Counted from the stretch's first letter, positions 43,305 through 54,223 are shown. The stretch: DNA of 64,000 nt from Bdellovibrionales bacterium (GCA_041690295.1 JAWLHR010000010.1:32001-96000), one strand, 5' to 3'. Notes: generated from the sequence alone by a model not told the origin. Made by a program: numbers and translations.

Positions 43305-44292
43305 ACGATTCATAATGATTATTCCCACGCTGTTTGGAATCACCGCCGTCAGTTTTTTTCTGATTCAATTGGCTCCCGGTGGACCGGTTGAGCAAAAGCT
43401 TCAGGAAATCCGTTTCGGAAACAGCGGAAAGCAACGTCCGGAGCGGGTTTCACCGGAAGTGATCCGGGCCCTTGAAAAACAATACGGGTTCGATAAGCCC
43501 GTGGCTCGGCGCTATTTGGATTGGTTGAATCACCTCGTCCACTTTGATTTCGGATCCAGTTTCGTCTATCAGCGGCCCGCCATTGATGTGATTTTGGAGC
43601 GCGCGCCAGTCTCCGTCGCCTTCGGAACGGCGTCATTTTTAATCACGTATCTCTTGGCGATCGGTTTGGGACTGGTGATGGCGGTGTTCGAAAACCGCAC
43701 CCTCGATGTGGGACTTGGATTCATTCTGGTGTGCTTGGCCGCGATTCCGGCGTTCATGCTGGGTGTTTTGCTTTTGGTTTTTTTCGCCGGAGATACGTTT
43801 TTGAATCTGTTTCCCGTCGGCTATGTTCAGTCGGATAATTACGAAGGTCTCTCCGCCGCCGCGAAAATTTGGGATCGTTTGCATCATGCGGTCCTGCCGC
43901 TCATTTGCTATGTGGCCGGCGGTTTCGCGGTGTTGGCCTTCTTGGGGCGAAATTCGATTCTTGAGGAGTCGCGCAAAGATTACGCGCGCACCGCCCGGGC
44001 CAAGGGCTTAAAAGAAAGGCTGGTCTACGCCAAACACATTCTGCGCAATTCAATGATTCCTTTAGTGACCGGGCTCGGTGGCGCCTTGGCCGGTTACTTG
44101 AGCGGATCGGTGCTGGTGGAAAGCGTTTTTCAGATCAATGGGCTCGGCTTGCTCAGTTTTCAATCGGTGCTCAGTCGGGATTACAACGTCCTCATGGCCC
44201 TGCTCGTTCTTTCCAGTCTGCTTTTGCTGGTCGGTAATCTTTTGAGCGATATGATCTACGCCGCGGTCGATCCGCGAATAAGGTTCGAATGA
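43285..44292 (+). CDS. Peptide ABC transporter permease (YejB/OppB-like)
   Basis: APGGPVEQ, YGFDKP, EAA-like YARTARAKGL and VDPRIRF. Confidence 0.92.
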   Translation: MVKYIIKRFIMIIPTLFGITAVSFFLIQLAPGGPVEQKLQEIRFGNSGKQRPERVSPEVIRALEKQYGFDKPVARRYLDWLNHLVHFDFGSSFVYQRPAIDVILERAPVSVAFGTASFLITYLLAIGLGLVMAVFENRTLDVGLGFILVCLAAIPAFMLGVLLLVFFAGDTFLNLFPVGYVQSDNYEGLSAAAKIWDRLHHAVLPLICYVAGGFAVLAFLGRNSILEESRKDYARTARAKGLKERLVYAKHILRNSMIPLVTGLGGALAGYLSGSVLVESVFQINGLGLLSFQSVLSRDYNVLMALLVLSSLLLLVGNLLSDMIYAAVDPRIRFE

Positions 44293-45368
44293 TGTGGAAG
44301 CGGAGATGGATCCTATTTTGTTCCCATAGGCGGGCGTTGATATCGGCGGTGTTCTTGGCAACCTTCACTTTTTTCAGTTTCACGGCGGAAATTTGGTCCA
44401 ACGATAAACCGCTCGTGCTGTCCTATGCGGGCCGCTTGTACTTTCCGGTTTTTCGTCACTATGAGCCCCAAACCTTCCGTCTCAACGGCACCATGGTGGT
44501 GGATTATAAAACGCTGGAATTGGGGAGAGGAGATTGGGCGCTTTGGCCGGTGAATCGTTGGGATCCCTATCACATCAATAAATCGGCGGGTGAATTTCCA
44601 TCTCCTCCCGATGGACGCAATTGGCTGGGAACCGATGACCGCGGCCGTGATGTTTTCGCTCGTCTGCTCTACGGTTATCGGTACAGTTTGATCTATGCGA
44701 TTTGCGTTTGGCTGGTGTGTTCGGGTTTGGCGCTGGCCTATGGCGGCATCTGCGGGTTCTTTGGGCATTGGATTGATCTTTTGGGTCAGCGATTGGTTGA
44801 GATCCTGGCCACCATTCCGCAACTCCTCCTTTTGATTTTTATTGTTTCCATTTTTGAACCCTCGATGAAAATTCTGGTGAGTGTGAGTTGCGCCTTTGGG
44901 TGGATCGGTCTCAGTTATTTCGTGCGCGCCGAGGTGCTTCGCACGAGCGGCCAGGATTATGTGGCGGCGGCGCGCGCGTTGGGGGCATCCAGCTGGCATG
45001 TTTTTCGTCATCACATCCTTCCCAACAGCATCGTTCCCCTGGTGACCTTCGCGCCGTTCATGGTCGTGGCCAATATCATGGCTCTGGCCGGGTTGGATTT
45101 CATGGGCTTGGGTCTGCCCGCGCCCACGCCAAGCTGGGGCGAGCTGATACAACAAACGCAAACATACTTCACCTGGGCGTGGTGGCTCGCGTTCTTTCCC
45201 GCGTTTCTTCTTTTTTTAACCTTGTTGAGTCTGAACTTTTTCGGTGAGGGCGTGCGCTCGGCCTTTGATCCGTCGGCGAAGATCGTGGAAAAAGCCGGGG
45301 CGCCGGAAAGCGCCCCGGTTAAAGAACCATTGATTAGAAAATCTGTTGCGTATCGAGCCCGCTCATAA
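44289..45368 (+). CDS. Peptide ABC transporter permease (YejE/OppC-like)
   Basis: WLGTDDRGRDV, YVAAARALGAS..HILPN and PSWGEL. Confidence 0.92.
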   Translation: MMWKRRWILFCSHRRALISAVFLATFTFFSFTAEIWSNDKPLVLSYAGRLYFPVFRHYEPQTFRLNGTMVVDYKTLELGRGDWALWPVNRWDPYHINKSAGEFPSPPDGRNWLGTDDRGRDVFARLLYGYRYSLIYAICVWLVCSGLALAYGGICGFFGHWIDLLGQRLVEILATIPQLLLLIFIVSIFEPSMKILVSVSCAFGWIGLSYFVRAEVLRTSGQDYVAAARALGASSWHVFRHHILPNSIVPLVTFAPFMVVANIMALAGLDFMGLGLPAPTPSWGELIQQTQTYFTWAWWLAFFPAFLLFLTLLSLNFFGEGVRSAFDPSAKIVEKAGAPESAPVKEPLIRKSVAYRARS

Positions 45369-48300
45369 AGTCGTTGGTGGGATAATAAATGACCAACTTC
45401 TCTTGGCCGCTCCCGCGTTTGAAGTTGAAGCCCGATTGTGAAAAGCCATTCACCTGAACAACCTCGGGAAGTTCGGCGTAGGCCTGGCCGCTCGCTTGGC
45501 CGGGAATTTTCAGCCAATCTTCATTGCCCAGGTAATCATCGGCTTCGATCATCTCGCCACCGGAGCCCAGAGCCACGAGTTTGAGCCGGATCGATCCGTC
45601 AGCGGTTTTGGCGACTTGTTCAAGAGGCGTTTGAATCACCGCCAGCGTTGAGTGCGGGAATGGTGCCATATCCGAAACCGCCAACAGCGCCGGTTGATAA
45701 TTCAGTTGCGTTTCATTGCCCTGTGCTAGCTCCTGCTCGTAAGCCAGACGAAGTTCACGCATTTTCGGAGCATCAACCAAAACCGAAGCGAACACGCCTT
45801 GATTAAAGCCGGCCAGGTTGGATCCCAAAATTCCGGCGAACTCCTGATCCGCTTGACCGTCTTCATCCGCATCAATCAAAGCGGTGACTTCACAGAAGAT
45901 CCAGGTCGTCACCGGTTGGTGCAGTTTGAACGCGATCTGGAGAAATTCTTTTTCACCATCATCCGTGGTTTGTTTGATGATCCGGTAACCGGCGGAGCGC
46001 AGATCGCAGCTACGGCTCTTCCACGCTTCATTCGGCGCGGGCAGGGGTTTCGGCGGATCTTCGGCCAATAGGTTGAATGGCACCGCGAAGCCGGCGGCTG
46101 GACTGGAATTGGTTAAAAGGACCGCATCACCCGCGAGTCCCTGACTTCGGATTTGCGCTGCCTGCGTGGCGATGGCCAAAGCCGGAAGCTGGGCCACCAC
46201 TCCATCCTTCGTGCTGAAGAGTACGCGCGCTTCGAACTCCGCGGCATAACTGCCTTGCGATAAGGCGTTCACTTCCGCTTCCACGTTCAAAACGATTTCA
46301 GCTCGGGGAGGAATCACCACTTCGCCGGGAAGCGTGATTTTCAAACCGCCGCTCGAAACCGTGTTGGTCGAAAGCGCGAGAATACTGTTCGTGAGGTTCT
46401 TGAGGGTGACCGAGCGATTCAGTTTGCGCGAGGTGCCGACCTGAACGCGGCCGAGACTGAGCGCGCTCGGCGAGATCACTACCGGCGTTTTCAACGCCAC
46501 ATCGGCGCGCACGCGACCGGCGCCCTGCAAAGTCATGGGAATGGGGGTCGAATCCTTCATGAGCACCTTTGACGATCCCATGACCAGGCTTTTGAGATCC
46601 GCCACCGAAAGCTGGGGGTGCGCTTGACGGAGCAAGGCCATCACGCCGGCCATGTGAGGCGCGGCCATGCTGGTCCCACTCGATTGCACGCCCGCGGTGC
46701 CTTCACCGATCGCCGCTGAAATAATGGACTGTCCCGGCGCCGCGATTTCGGGTTTCAAAAGATTGTCTTCCGAGCGCGGTCCTTTGGACGAAAAGTCCGT
46801 GATCGTGTCAATCAGCTCGGGTTCGAAAATCTGGTGAGAGGTTTTGAATTCAATACGGACTTCGCCGTTTTTCAAATCTTCAATCAGTTTTGCGCCGAGG
46901 TCGTTACCGATCATCACGGCGGGAATATCGAATTTGAATTCCCCACCCATTTGGAACGCGCGATCGCCCGGTTCGTTGTTGATCATCACCACGCCGATCG
47001 CACCGGCGCCTTGCGCCCGTGCCAGTTTTTCAACAAAGGTCACTTTTCCCCGCATGATGAGGGCCACTTTGTTTTTCAACTTGGCTTTGAGTTCTTCGCT
47101 GAAATCCTGATCCGCCAGTCCCACATACACCAGAGCTCCTTCAGTGGCGTCGACCTCGCTAATGGGTTTGGAAATCGAACCTTCCACCGCCTTGGCCATG
47201 AATTGTTCGCCGTCGGCGCCGGTAAAAAGAACCGCGGGAAACTGCCAGTTATGGGCGGAACCGTCCACACTGGCCGCCACCGAGATGGCTTCATCGGTGG
47301 TTGAAGGCGCTCCCACAATGAAATCCACCGGTCCGGAATTTCCGGCTGACGCCACCACCACGGTTCCGGTACGGGTCAGATTCTTAACCGCTTCGCTATA
47401 CAAAATTTGCGGTTGGCCAAAACCTCCGCCGAGCGAGAGATTCACCACATCGAGCCGGTCGGAAATATCCAGATCGCCACTCGGATCGGCGGCATATTCG
47501 AATCCCGCGATCACGACGGCGTCCATCGTGCTGCCTTCACGGCCAAAAACCTTGATGGCGTGCACGACCGCATCGGGCGCCACACCGGAATAAGTTTGGC
47601 GTCCGTCGCCGATGCCGGCGATGGTTCCCGCCACGTGGGTTCCGTGACCGGCTTCATCAATGGGATTGGCATCAGGCTTGGGCAAATGCCTCTCGGCGAA
47701 TGGCGAGCCGGCGTTGAATTCAGTTCCGACTAGATCGATGCCGCCGACCACTTTCGCGTTGGGAAAATGTTCCGTCATCGCTTCCGGATGAATGGATTTG
47801 AAATCTTCGGGATTGCCGGACCCACCGAGCATGGCATGAGTGTAGTCAATGCCGGTGTCGAGAACGCCGACACTTATACCGCGACCGGTAAAGCCTAGTT
47901 TATGAACTTTGTCCGCGCCGATAAAATTCACCGAATTGGTGAGACTTGAAAGTTTGGGCGCGGGTTTCAGATCGTTGAACAACGGGCGCTCCATCCGCCG
48001 GCTGGGTTCCACCGAACGAACACCCGTGATTTTAGAAAGCCGCTTGGCGGAATCCGAAGGCGCGTAAAGCGCGAATCCGTTCAACACGAGCTGGTAGCGG
48101 TAAACGATCTGGGCCTGTGGGGCCAACGACTTGAGTTTTTGTTCGAACTGGGCCTGTTCTTCTTGAACCGCGGCTTTGGCTTCGGGCGGAATTTCCCAGC
48201 CGCCATCGGCGGTGCGTTTCGCCGTTTTTAAAAGCGCCGGCGAATTTAAAGTGACCACGAACATTTCCGGCACAATGCCGATCGGACGGTCACTAATGAG

Positions 48301-48411
48301 ATCCGCCGAATGTTCCGATGGTGTGCTTGGTGATTGTGGACCAGTGCACGCGAGCACGGAATGCAGCAGAAACGCCGTCATTCCAATGCGAACAATTGAA
48401 AGTGATTTCAT
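45334..48411 (-). CDS. S8 family serine protease lipoprotein with I9 propeptide and PA domain (Vpr-like)
   Basis: Lipobox VLAC; triad motifs VLDTGID, HGTHVAG and SGTSMAAPH; PA insert KVALIMRG. Confidence 0.92.
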   Translation of the reverse strand: MKSLSIVRIGMTAFLLHSVLACTGPQSPSTPSEHSADLISDRPIGIVPEMFVVTLNSPALLKTAKRTADGGWEIPPEAKAAVQEEQAQFEQKLKSLAPQAQIVYRYQLVLNGFALYAPSDSAKRLSKITGVRSVEPSRRMERPLFNDLKPAPKLSSLTNSVNFIGADKVHKLGFTGRGISVGVLDTGIDYTHAMLGGSGNPEDFKSIHPEAMTEHFPNAKVVGGIDLVGTEFNAGSPFAERHLPKPDANPIDEAGHGTHVAGTIAGIGDGRQTYSGVAPDAVVHAIKVFGREGSTMDAVVIAGFEYAADPSGDLDISDRLDVVNLSLGGGFGQPQILYSEAVKNLTRTGTVVVASAGNSGPVDFIVGAPSTTDEAISVAASVDGSAHNWQFPAVLFTGADGEQFMAKAVEGSISKPISEVDATEGALVYVGLADQDFSEELKAKLKNKVALIMRGKVTFVEKLARAQGAGAIGVVMINNEPGDRAFQMGGEFKFDIPAVMIGNDLGAKLIEDLKNGEVRIEFKTSHQIFEPELIDTITDFSSKGPRSEDNLLKPEIAAPGQSIISAAIGEGTAGVQSSGTSMAAPHMAGVMALLRQAHPQLSVADLKSLVMGSSKVLMKDSTPIPMTLQGAGRVRADVALKTPVVISPSALSLGRVQVGTSRKLNRSVTLKNLTNSILALSTNTVSSGGLKITLPGEVVIPPRAEIVLNVEAEVNALSQGSYAAEFEARVLFSTKDGVVAQLPALAIATQAAQIRSQGLAGDAVLLTNSSPAAGFAVPFNLLAEDPPKPLPAPNEAWKSRSCDLRSAGYRIIKQTTDDGEKEFLQIAFKLHQPVTTWIFCEVTALIDADEDGQADQEFAGILGSNLAGFNQGVFASVLVDAPKMRELRLAYEQELAQGNETQLNYQPALLAVSDMAPFPHSTLAVIQTPLEQVAKTADGSIRLKLVALGSGGEMIEADDYLGNEDWLKIPGQASGQAYAELPEVVQVNGFSQSGFNFKRGSGQEKLVIYYPTNDFMSGLDTQQIF

Positions 48412-48574
48412 CCCTTTCCCCCTCCCCAGCCAGGCAAGGTAATAGAATGGCCGCTTGCTTGTAAAATTTTTTGCGTGATTTCTGTGTTTCGAAAGAATTT
48501 ACAGGACGGATCGCGTTAGACTCTGCAATCCAATTATGGGTTCGATAAGATAATTTTCTTCAGGAGGGTTCTAT

Positions 48575-49366
48575 ATGATGAGGATGGGCTTTTTGATGCT
48601 GTTCAACTTTGTATTCTGTTTGAACGCACACGCGCAGAGCATTGCCCTGGAAAATTTGGATGAGAATGACATGCGGAATCTCGTTCGCGAGCTTTCGGCC
48701 AACTTCAATCACACATCTGTTTCCGGAGCGAGCAGCCTTGGCACCATTTTTGGCTTCGAAGTGGGCTTGGTCGGCGGGATGACCAAGACGCCCAAGATTG
48801 AAAGTTTGGCCCATGAGGCTGATCCCGGCGCGGACGCCAAGCAAATTCCCCACGGCGAACTGATCGGTATGGTTACGGTGCCGGCCGGATTCACCGTTGA
48901 GGTGGGATACATTCCTAAGGTCGGTAAAGATGACTTCAAATTCAGCAGTTACTCCCTGGGATTGAAATGGACGCCCACGGACATCCTTTTGGACTGGCCC
49001 GTGAGTGTTGCGGGAAAATTTCACCTCACGAAAAGCTCTTTGGAGTTCGCGAACACCATTGGCGGTATTCCGACAAATTTCGATTATGAAAACACCATCA
49101 CGGCTTTCACGCTGCTCGTGAGCAAGAACTTCGTTTTAGTTGAACCTTACTTCGGGCTTTCATTCTTAAACACCAAAGGGGAGTTGGACGTGACCGGATC
49201 GACCAACGTTTTCGCGTCGGGCGGAATGTCGGCTTCGGCTTCGCGGTCCTCAACGGGATGGATGCTGGGCGCCGAACTCAAGCTTTTGGTTTTCAAAATG
49301 GGTTTGGAGTACGCCAACCTGTTTGATACCAGCCGCTACACGGCCAAGTTAGCTTTTTACTTCTAA
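48575..49366 (+). CDS. Outer-membrane beta-barrel protein (hypothetical)
   Basis: Signal ending AHA-Q, alternating amphipathic strands and C-terminal LAFYF. Confidence 0.7.
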   Translation: MMRMGFLMLFNFVFCLNAHAQSIALENLDENDMRNLVRELSANFNHTSVSGASSLGTIFGFEVGLVGGMTKTPKIESLAHEADPGADAKQIPHGELIGMVTVPAGFTVEVGYIPKVGKDDFKFSSYSLGLKWTPTDILLDWPVSVAGKFHLTKSSLEFANTIGGIPTNFDYENTITAFTLLVSKNFVLVEPYFGLSFLNTKGELDVTGSTNVFASGGMSASASRSSTGWMLGAELKLLVFKMGLEYANLFDTSRYTAKLAFYF

Positions 49367-49385
49367 AGAAAATCATTGCGCCGGA

Positions 49386-49916
49386 TTATTTCTGAATAAG
49401 GAACAATTCCGGCGCGCGTCCGTATACGAAATCGCGCCAGTAAAAGAGAGTCGGGGTGAGGAGAGCCCAGATCACGCCATGTAAGGCCAAGCTCAAGGGC
49501 AGCGGGCGAGCGTAATTCAAAATTTCCACGGCCTCACACCACACATAGGCCAGCGGACCGCTGACGGCGCCGATGGCCATGAACAAAAGCAGATTCTTAC
49601 GCCAGCGCAGCAGGCTTTCAGAGGTCAGCCCCAACAACACCCACATCGACACCAGCCAAAGGGGCGCGAAGGACCCATTGTTTGGAAGGGTGAAAAGACC
49701 GAACTGGATCAAGGCCGAATCCACCACCCAACCCATGACCGCTAGGCCGGCAAGGAAGATCAATTCCGCCGTGGGAAACCGGGCGACAAACACCAAGTGA
49801 ATTCCGACCCAAAAGGGGAGCAGAACCGGCCCCAGCCACGCGTAACCATAAATCGCGCCCATGGCGCAAGCCCACCAGCCAAGGTAGTAGGAAATGAAGC
49901 CGACCGATTGTCTCAT
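49386..49916 (-). CDS. DUF2878-like membrane protein
   Basis: Five hydrophobic helices; GWVVDS, PLWLVSMW and GAVSGPLAY pattern. Confidence 0.65.
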   Translation of the reverse strand: MRQSVGFISYYLGWWACAMGAIYGYAWLGPVLLPFWVGIHLVFVARFPTAELIFLAGLAVMGWVVDSALIQFGLFTLPNNGSFAPLWLVSMWVLLGLTSESLLRWRKNLLLFMAIGAVSGPLAYVWCEAVEILNYARPLPLSLALHGVIWALLTPTLFYWRDFVYGRAPELFLIQK

Positions 49917-50027
49917 GATGGGACAGTTTCCTTTCGCCGCGGCTCGCCTGTCAATGATGCGTCCCAGTCTGAGTCAAATCCTAAACTGAAGGACCGTGAA
50001 CACCGATAGGTATAGGTGGAGGAACGT

Positions 50028-50312
50028 ATGCGACGAGGAATCGTCCATTCCATTTTATGGCTGGCGATATTCGGTTTTTCCGCGGCTTGCAGCAAGGGTG
50101 GTCAGTTGACCCTTGAGCCGGGCGCGCGCAAGGCCAACAAAGGTTCACCCACGGTCAAAGTGAATCAGGGCGGTAAAGCTCTGGTTTGGGAGCAAGGTAA
50201 GTCCCACACGACCGGCGTTCATGGCTGGATCAGTGTTCAAACGATATCCGCCGCCGATCTAAAGAACTCCGCGGGAACCGAAAGCGCGATACTCAACAAA
50301 GTTAAAAAATAG
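50028..50312 (+). CDS. Small lipoprotein (hypothetical)
   Basis: GGAGGA SD; lipobox-like SAAC; a sigma28-like TAAA..ACCGATAG lies upstream. Confidence 0.6.
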   Translation: MRRGIVHSILWLAIFGFSAACSKGGQLTLEPGARKANKGSPTVKVNQGGKALVWEQGKSHTTGVHGWISVQTISAADLKNSAGTESAILNKVKK

Positions 50313-50358
50313 TTCTTAACGCGGAGTTGTGGGCGTCATTCTATGCTAAGATGCCCGC

Positions 50359-51399
50359 ATGCAACCGATTACCACCGCCTTCACGGAAATGTTCGGCATT
50401 TCCTATCCGGTTTTGGCCGCGCCGATGTTTTTGGTCAGCAACGAGGATATTGTCGTGGAAGCGGCCGAGGCGGGCGGGATCGGCGCTTTTCCCGCCTTGA
50501 ACTTTCGTCCCATCGATCGTTATCGTGAGGCGCTCGCCACGATTAAAAACCGCACCAAAAAGCCGATCGGCGTGAACATCATCGTAAATAAAAGCAATTT
50601 ACGCCAAAGCGATGATCTCAAGTGGGCGCTGGACGCGGGTGTGGAGTTGTTCATCACTTCGCTGGGGAATCCCGAAGAAGTGATCAAAGAGGCTCACCGC
50701 AACGGCGCCAAGGTGTTTTGTGATGTCACCAATCTTGAGCACGCGCTCAAAGTTCAGGACTTGGGAGCCGATGGCGTGATCGCGGTGGGCCAGGGTGCTG
50801 GCGGACACGCGGGACCGATTTCACTTTTGGTTTTAATCCCCTGGCTGAAGTCACGGCTGAACATTCCGGTGATCGCGGCGGGCGGAATCGCCCATGGTTC
50901 GGGACTCGCCGCTTGCCTGGCGCTCGGCGCGGCGGGTGTTTCCGTCGGCACCCGTTTCATCGCCAGCCATGAAGCGCGAGTGGATAAGGCTTATAAGCGC
51001 GCGGTCATGGACGCGTCTCCCGAGGATATTGTCATGACCACCCGGATTTCAGGAACACCCGCGGCGGTGATCAAAACACCTTACGTGGAAAAGATGGGAT
51101 TGGACTTACCGTGGATCGTAAAAGCCCTGAAAGAACATCCGCGGTCTAAAAAGATCGTCACTCCGATGATTCACTGGCTGGGCATGCGCACGCTCGAGGA
51201 GAGCGCCAAAACCAAACGGCGTTATGCGCGTAAATCAAGATGGAAGTCGGTTTGGAGCGCCGGCCAATCCGTCGGGATGGTGGATGAGATTTTGTCGGTG
51301 CGTGAGATTTACGAAAAAATCATCCGTGAATATTACGAGGCGATTGCGCGGCTCCCGGCGATCGAAAACACGAAGAACTGCCCCACTAGCCTGCAGTAA
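50359..51399 (+). CDS. Nitronate monooxygenase / FabK-like flavin oxidoreductase
   Basis: APMFLVS, GAGGHAG, VIAAGGI, VGTRFIAS and WSAGQSV. The last 8 codons are read from the IS inverted repeat. Confidence 0.88.
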   Translation: MQPITTAFTEMFGISYPVLAAPMFLVSNEDIVVEAAEAGGIGAFPALNFRPIDRYREALATIKNRTKKPIGVNIIVNKSNLRQSDDLKWALDAGVELFITSLGNPEEVIKEAHRNGAKVFCDVTNLEHALKVQDLGADGVIAVGQGAGGHAGPISLLVLIPWLKSRLNIPVIAAGGIAHGSGLAACLALGAAGVSVGTRFIASHEARVDKAYKRAVMDASPEDIVMTTRISGTPAAVIKTPYVEKMGLDLPWIVKALKEHPRSKKIVTPMIHWLGMRTLEESAKTKRRYARKSRWKSVWSAGQSVGMVDEILSVREIYEKIIREYYEAIARLPAIENTKNCPTSLQ

Positions 51400-51890
51400 A
51401 TCGTGGCGAGAATTTTGCCCTTAACCACCGGGCATGCGACCAAGCTGCCCCTATTGTCATTCATCACAAGAATTGTCCGATCGCCGGATGCGAATTTTAA
51501 AGGCCGGATTTTTCCGCCGAACCTCCGACGGAAAAAGAGTGCGAAGATTAAGCCCACTCACCGCACCTGATGTACAATTCAAATCCGATCAAAATCCAAT
51601 GTATCCGGAAATCTTAAGGCGTCACTTTCCTTTAAATTCGCATGAGCGGTTTAAGGGGCAAAGGGGTTCGATTGTCGGACAGGGAGAATTGAAGAAGATC
51701 CGATTTGATCCACTTTTTAGCTTGAATCACACGTGTGCGATGCCGAGCCAATATCAATAGGCTAGTGCGAAAGACTTGGTGCACAACGAAAATCCCGCAT
51801 AGATTGCGCCTTCATCTCGCCATCTATGCGGTTTATCACAACAATATGAATCGGGCGGGGCCTTTACCTGCAGGCTAGTGGGGCAGTTCT
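51374..51890 (+). mobile_element. Internally deleted, non-autonomous copy of the IS at 5185-6153 (517 bp)
   Basis: Same terminal IRs (51374-51396 and 51868-51890). It lacks 450 bp (about codons 39-188) and carries a further 2 bp deletion. Confidence 0.88.
51434..51760 (+). pseudogene. Transposase remnant
   Basis: In-frame fusion ...GKRVRR|LSPLTAPDVQF..., then a frameshift after HTCAM. Confidence 0.85.
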
Positions 51891-52367
51891 GTTACGTACC
51901 GAAAGAGTGAGTGTGTATTTCATCACCGGCTCTTCGCCGGCCTTCGGCACAATGGCGTATCCGGAAAAGGTTTTCTCCAATCGCTCGCTGCTTTCAAGGG
52001 ATTGCTGAATCAGCTCGTTCACCTCAGCCGCTTGCTCACAAATAAAATGCGTGTGACCGTCGGCGCGGCGGAGAAACTGGGCCGAAAAATCTTTGAAGAT
52101 AAAATCGATTTTCTTTCCCGACTCCTGAATGGCTTCGATGGCCTTCAGGGCGATCGACAATTCCGCGCCCATGGCGAGCGCTCCGAAATACATCACACCC
52201 AGGTGATTGCGCGTGCGCCGATCCAGACGAACACGAATGACACTGCGACTTTCGGACAACTCCATCACTCGCGGCGTGATCAATCCCAGAAGCGGAATTT
52301 GAACCATCGAGTAGGCGTTGATGAGAGCGGTGAGTTTGAGAGTCTTAAGATCAGGGATGGAAGTCAT
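51864..52367 (-). CDS. Hotdog-fold thioesterase-like protein (DUF4442/PaaI-like)
   Basis: TRNHLGVMYFGALAMGAE and FLRRADG. The C-terminus RTAPLACR is read from the IS inverted repeat. Confidence 0.8.
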   Translation of the reverse strand: MTSIPDLKTLKLTALINAYSMVQIPLLGLITPRVMELSESRSVIRVRLDRRTRNHLGVMYFGALAMGAELSIALKAIEAIQESGKKIDFIFKDFSAQFLRRADGHTHFICEQAAEVNELIQQSLESSERLEKTFSGYAIVPKAGEEPVMKYTLTLSVRNRTAPLACR

Positions 52368-52381
52368 CGGCGTTCCAGACC

Positions 52382-52405
52382 GCGGGCGACTTGATCGTCG
52401 CCCGC
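52382..52405 (-). terminator. Stem-loop downstream of pckG
   Basis: GCGGGCGAC-N6-GTCGCCCGC is a 9 bp inverted repeat; there is no U-tract on the minus strand. Confidence 0.5.
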
Positions 52406-52414
52406 TCGAAAAAA

Positions 52415-54223
52415 TTAAGCCTGGTGAAAGGCGACTTTTAATTTTTCGTTATAGTCCATCAACTCGCGGGGGAGCCGGTCTTGGAAGCGAGCCAAGAACT
52501 CCCGATGGCAATCCAGCTCCTGGCGCCAGGCCACCGCATCGAGATGGTTCAGTTCGTTGAAATCAGCGGCCGGGAAATTTTCGAGGCCGGTCCAGTTCAT
52601 ATCTTCGAAGGCCGGCGCGGTTCCAAGCGCGGTTTTACGTCCCTTGGCGCGGCCGTGCACGCGTTCGAAGATCCACTGCAAAACTCTCATGTTGTCCGAG
52701 TAGCCAGGCCAAATGAATTTGCCGGCTTCATTTTTACGGAACCAATTGACGCCGAAGAGAAGCGGCAGTTTCAGCCCTTCTTTTTCCGCGAAGCGGAGCC
52801 AATGATTGAAGTAGTCACCCATGTTGTAGCCGCAGAAGGGGAGCATGGCCATCGGATCCCGACGGACCAAACCGCACTGGCCGGTAGCGGCGGCGGTGGT
52901 TTCCGAACCCAGAGTCGCGCCGAAATAAACGCCCGCGGTCCAATCTTCAAGTTCAGTGACCAGCGGAATGAGTTGCGGGCGGCGGCCGCCGAAAATCATG
53001 GCGGAAATCGGAACACCTTCCGGTTTTTCCCAATCCGGATCCACGCTGGGGCACTGTTGAATGGAAACCGTGAAGCGGGCGTTCGGGTGAGCCGCGGGGC
53101 GACCGCAGCCCGGAGTCCACTCCTGGCCTTGCCAGTCGATCAAGCGAGCGGGCGGTTCGGGAGTCATGCCTTCCCACCAAACATCGCCGTCCTCCGTCAT
53201 CGCCACGTTGGTGAAGATCACATTCTCACGGATGGTTTCCATGCAACGTGGATTGGTGCGCGCCGATGTGCCTGGCGCCACGCCGAAAAATCCGGATTCA
53301 GGGTTGATGGCATAGAGCCGGCCATCTTTTCCGGGACGAATCCAGGCAATGTCATCACCCACGGTGGTCACCTTCCATCCGTTAAAAACTTCCGGCGGTT
53401 GCATCATGGCGAAGTTGGTTTTTCCGCAGGCGCTGGGGAAAGCGGCGGTGACATAGATTTTTTGGCCTTTCGGGTTTTCCACGCCGAGGATCAGCATGTG
53501 TTCGGCGAGCCAGCCGTCCTTGCGACCCATGGTTGAAGCGATTCTCAGAGCCAAACACTTCTTACCCAGCAAGGCGTTGCCGCCGTAGCCGCTGCCAAAG
53601 GACCAGATTTCACGGGTTTCGGGATAATGAACGATGTATTTTTCTTCATTGCACGGCCAGGGGACGTCTTTAGCGCCATCGGCCAGCGGCGCGCCCACCG
53701 AGTGCACGCAACGGACGAATTCAGAAGAATCGCCCAGGCGATCGAGAACCTTGGTCCCCATTCGGGTCATGCGCTTCATATTGATGACGACATAAGGAGA
53801 GTCGGTGATTTCAATGCCGATCTGAGAGGCTTCGGCCGCCAAAGGACCCATGCAAAACGGGATCACGTACATCGTGCGTCCGCGCATGCAACCTTTGAAG
53901 AGCGAGCCCAGTTTGGTCCGCATTTCCGTGGGATCGACCCAATTGTTGTTCGGGCCGGCTTCTTCCGGAGTCGCGGCACAAACAAAAGTGCGATTTTCAA
54001 CTCGGGCCACATCTTTGGGATCGGAAAGCGCCAAGTAACTGTTGGGACGTAAAGTTGGATTGAGTGGCTTCAAAGTTCCACTGGCCACCATTTGTGCAAT
54101 CAATTCGCGATCTTCCGCTTCCTCACCGGTGCAGTAGTGGATCCGTGCCGGCTGGCAAAGGTCAGCAATTTCCTGCACAAACTGCTGCACAAAACGGTTT
54201 GAAATGGACGATTGAACCATCAT
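52415..54223 (-). CDS. pckG: Phosphoenolpyruvate carboxykinase (GTP)
   Basis: [43 protein letters not shown] and [12 protein letters not shown]. Confidence 0.96.
   Translation of the reverse strand: MMVQSSISNRFVQQFVQEIADLCQPARIHYCTGEEAEDRELIAQMVASGTLKPLNPTLRPNSYLALSDPKDVARVENRTFVCAATPEEAGPNNNWVDPTEMRTKLGSLFKGCMRGRTMYVIPFCMGPLAAEASQIGIEITDSPYVVINMKRMTRMGTKVLDRLGDSSEFVRCVHSVGAPLADGAKDVPWPCNEEKYIVHYPETREIWSFGSGYGGNALLGKKCLALRIASTMGRKDGWLAEHMLILGVENPKGQKIYVTAAFPSACGKTNFAMMQPPEVFNGWKVTTVGDDIAWIRPGKDGRLYAINPESGFFGVAPGTSARTNPRCMETIRENVIFTNVAMTEDGDVWWEGMTPEPPARLIDWQGQEWTPGCGRPAAHPNARFTVSIQQCPSVDPDWEKPEGVPISAMIFGGRRPQLIPLVTELEDWTAGVYFGATLGSETTAAATGQCGLVRRDPMAMLPFCGYNMGDYFNHWLRFAEKEGLKLPLLFGVNWFRKNEAGKFIWPGYSDNMRVLQWIFERVHGRAKGRKTALGTAPAFEDMNWTGLENFPAADFNELNHLDAVAWRQELDCHREFLARFQDRLPRELMDYNEKLKVAFHQA

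Noticed and set aside
52481..53536. 351 aa plus-strand ORF inside pckG, and similar overlapping ORFs elsewhere (1974-2882, 44313-45161, 58212-59012)
   Set aside because: They are antisense to well-supported genes and have no independent protein signatures.
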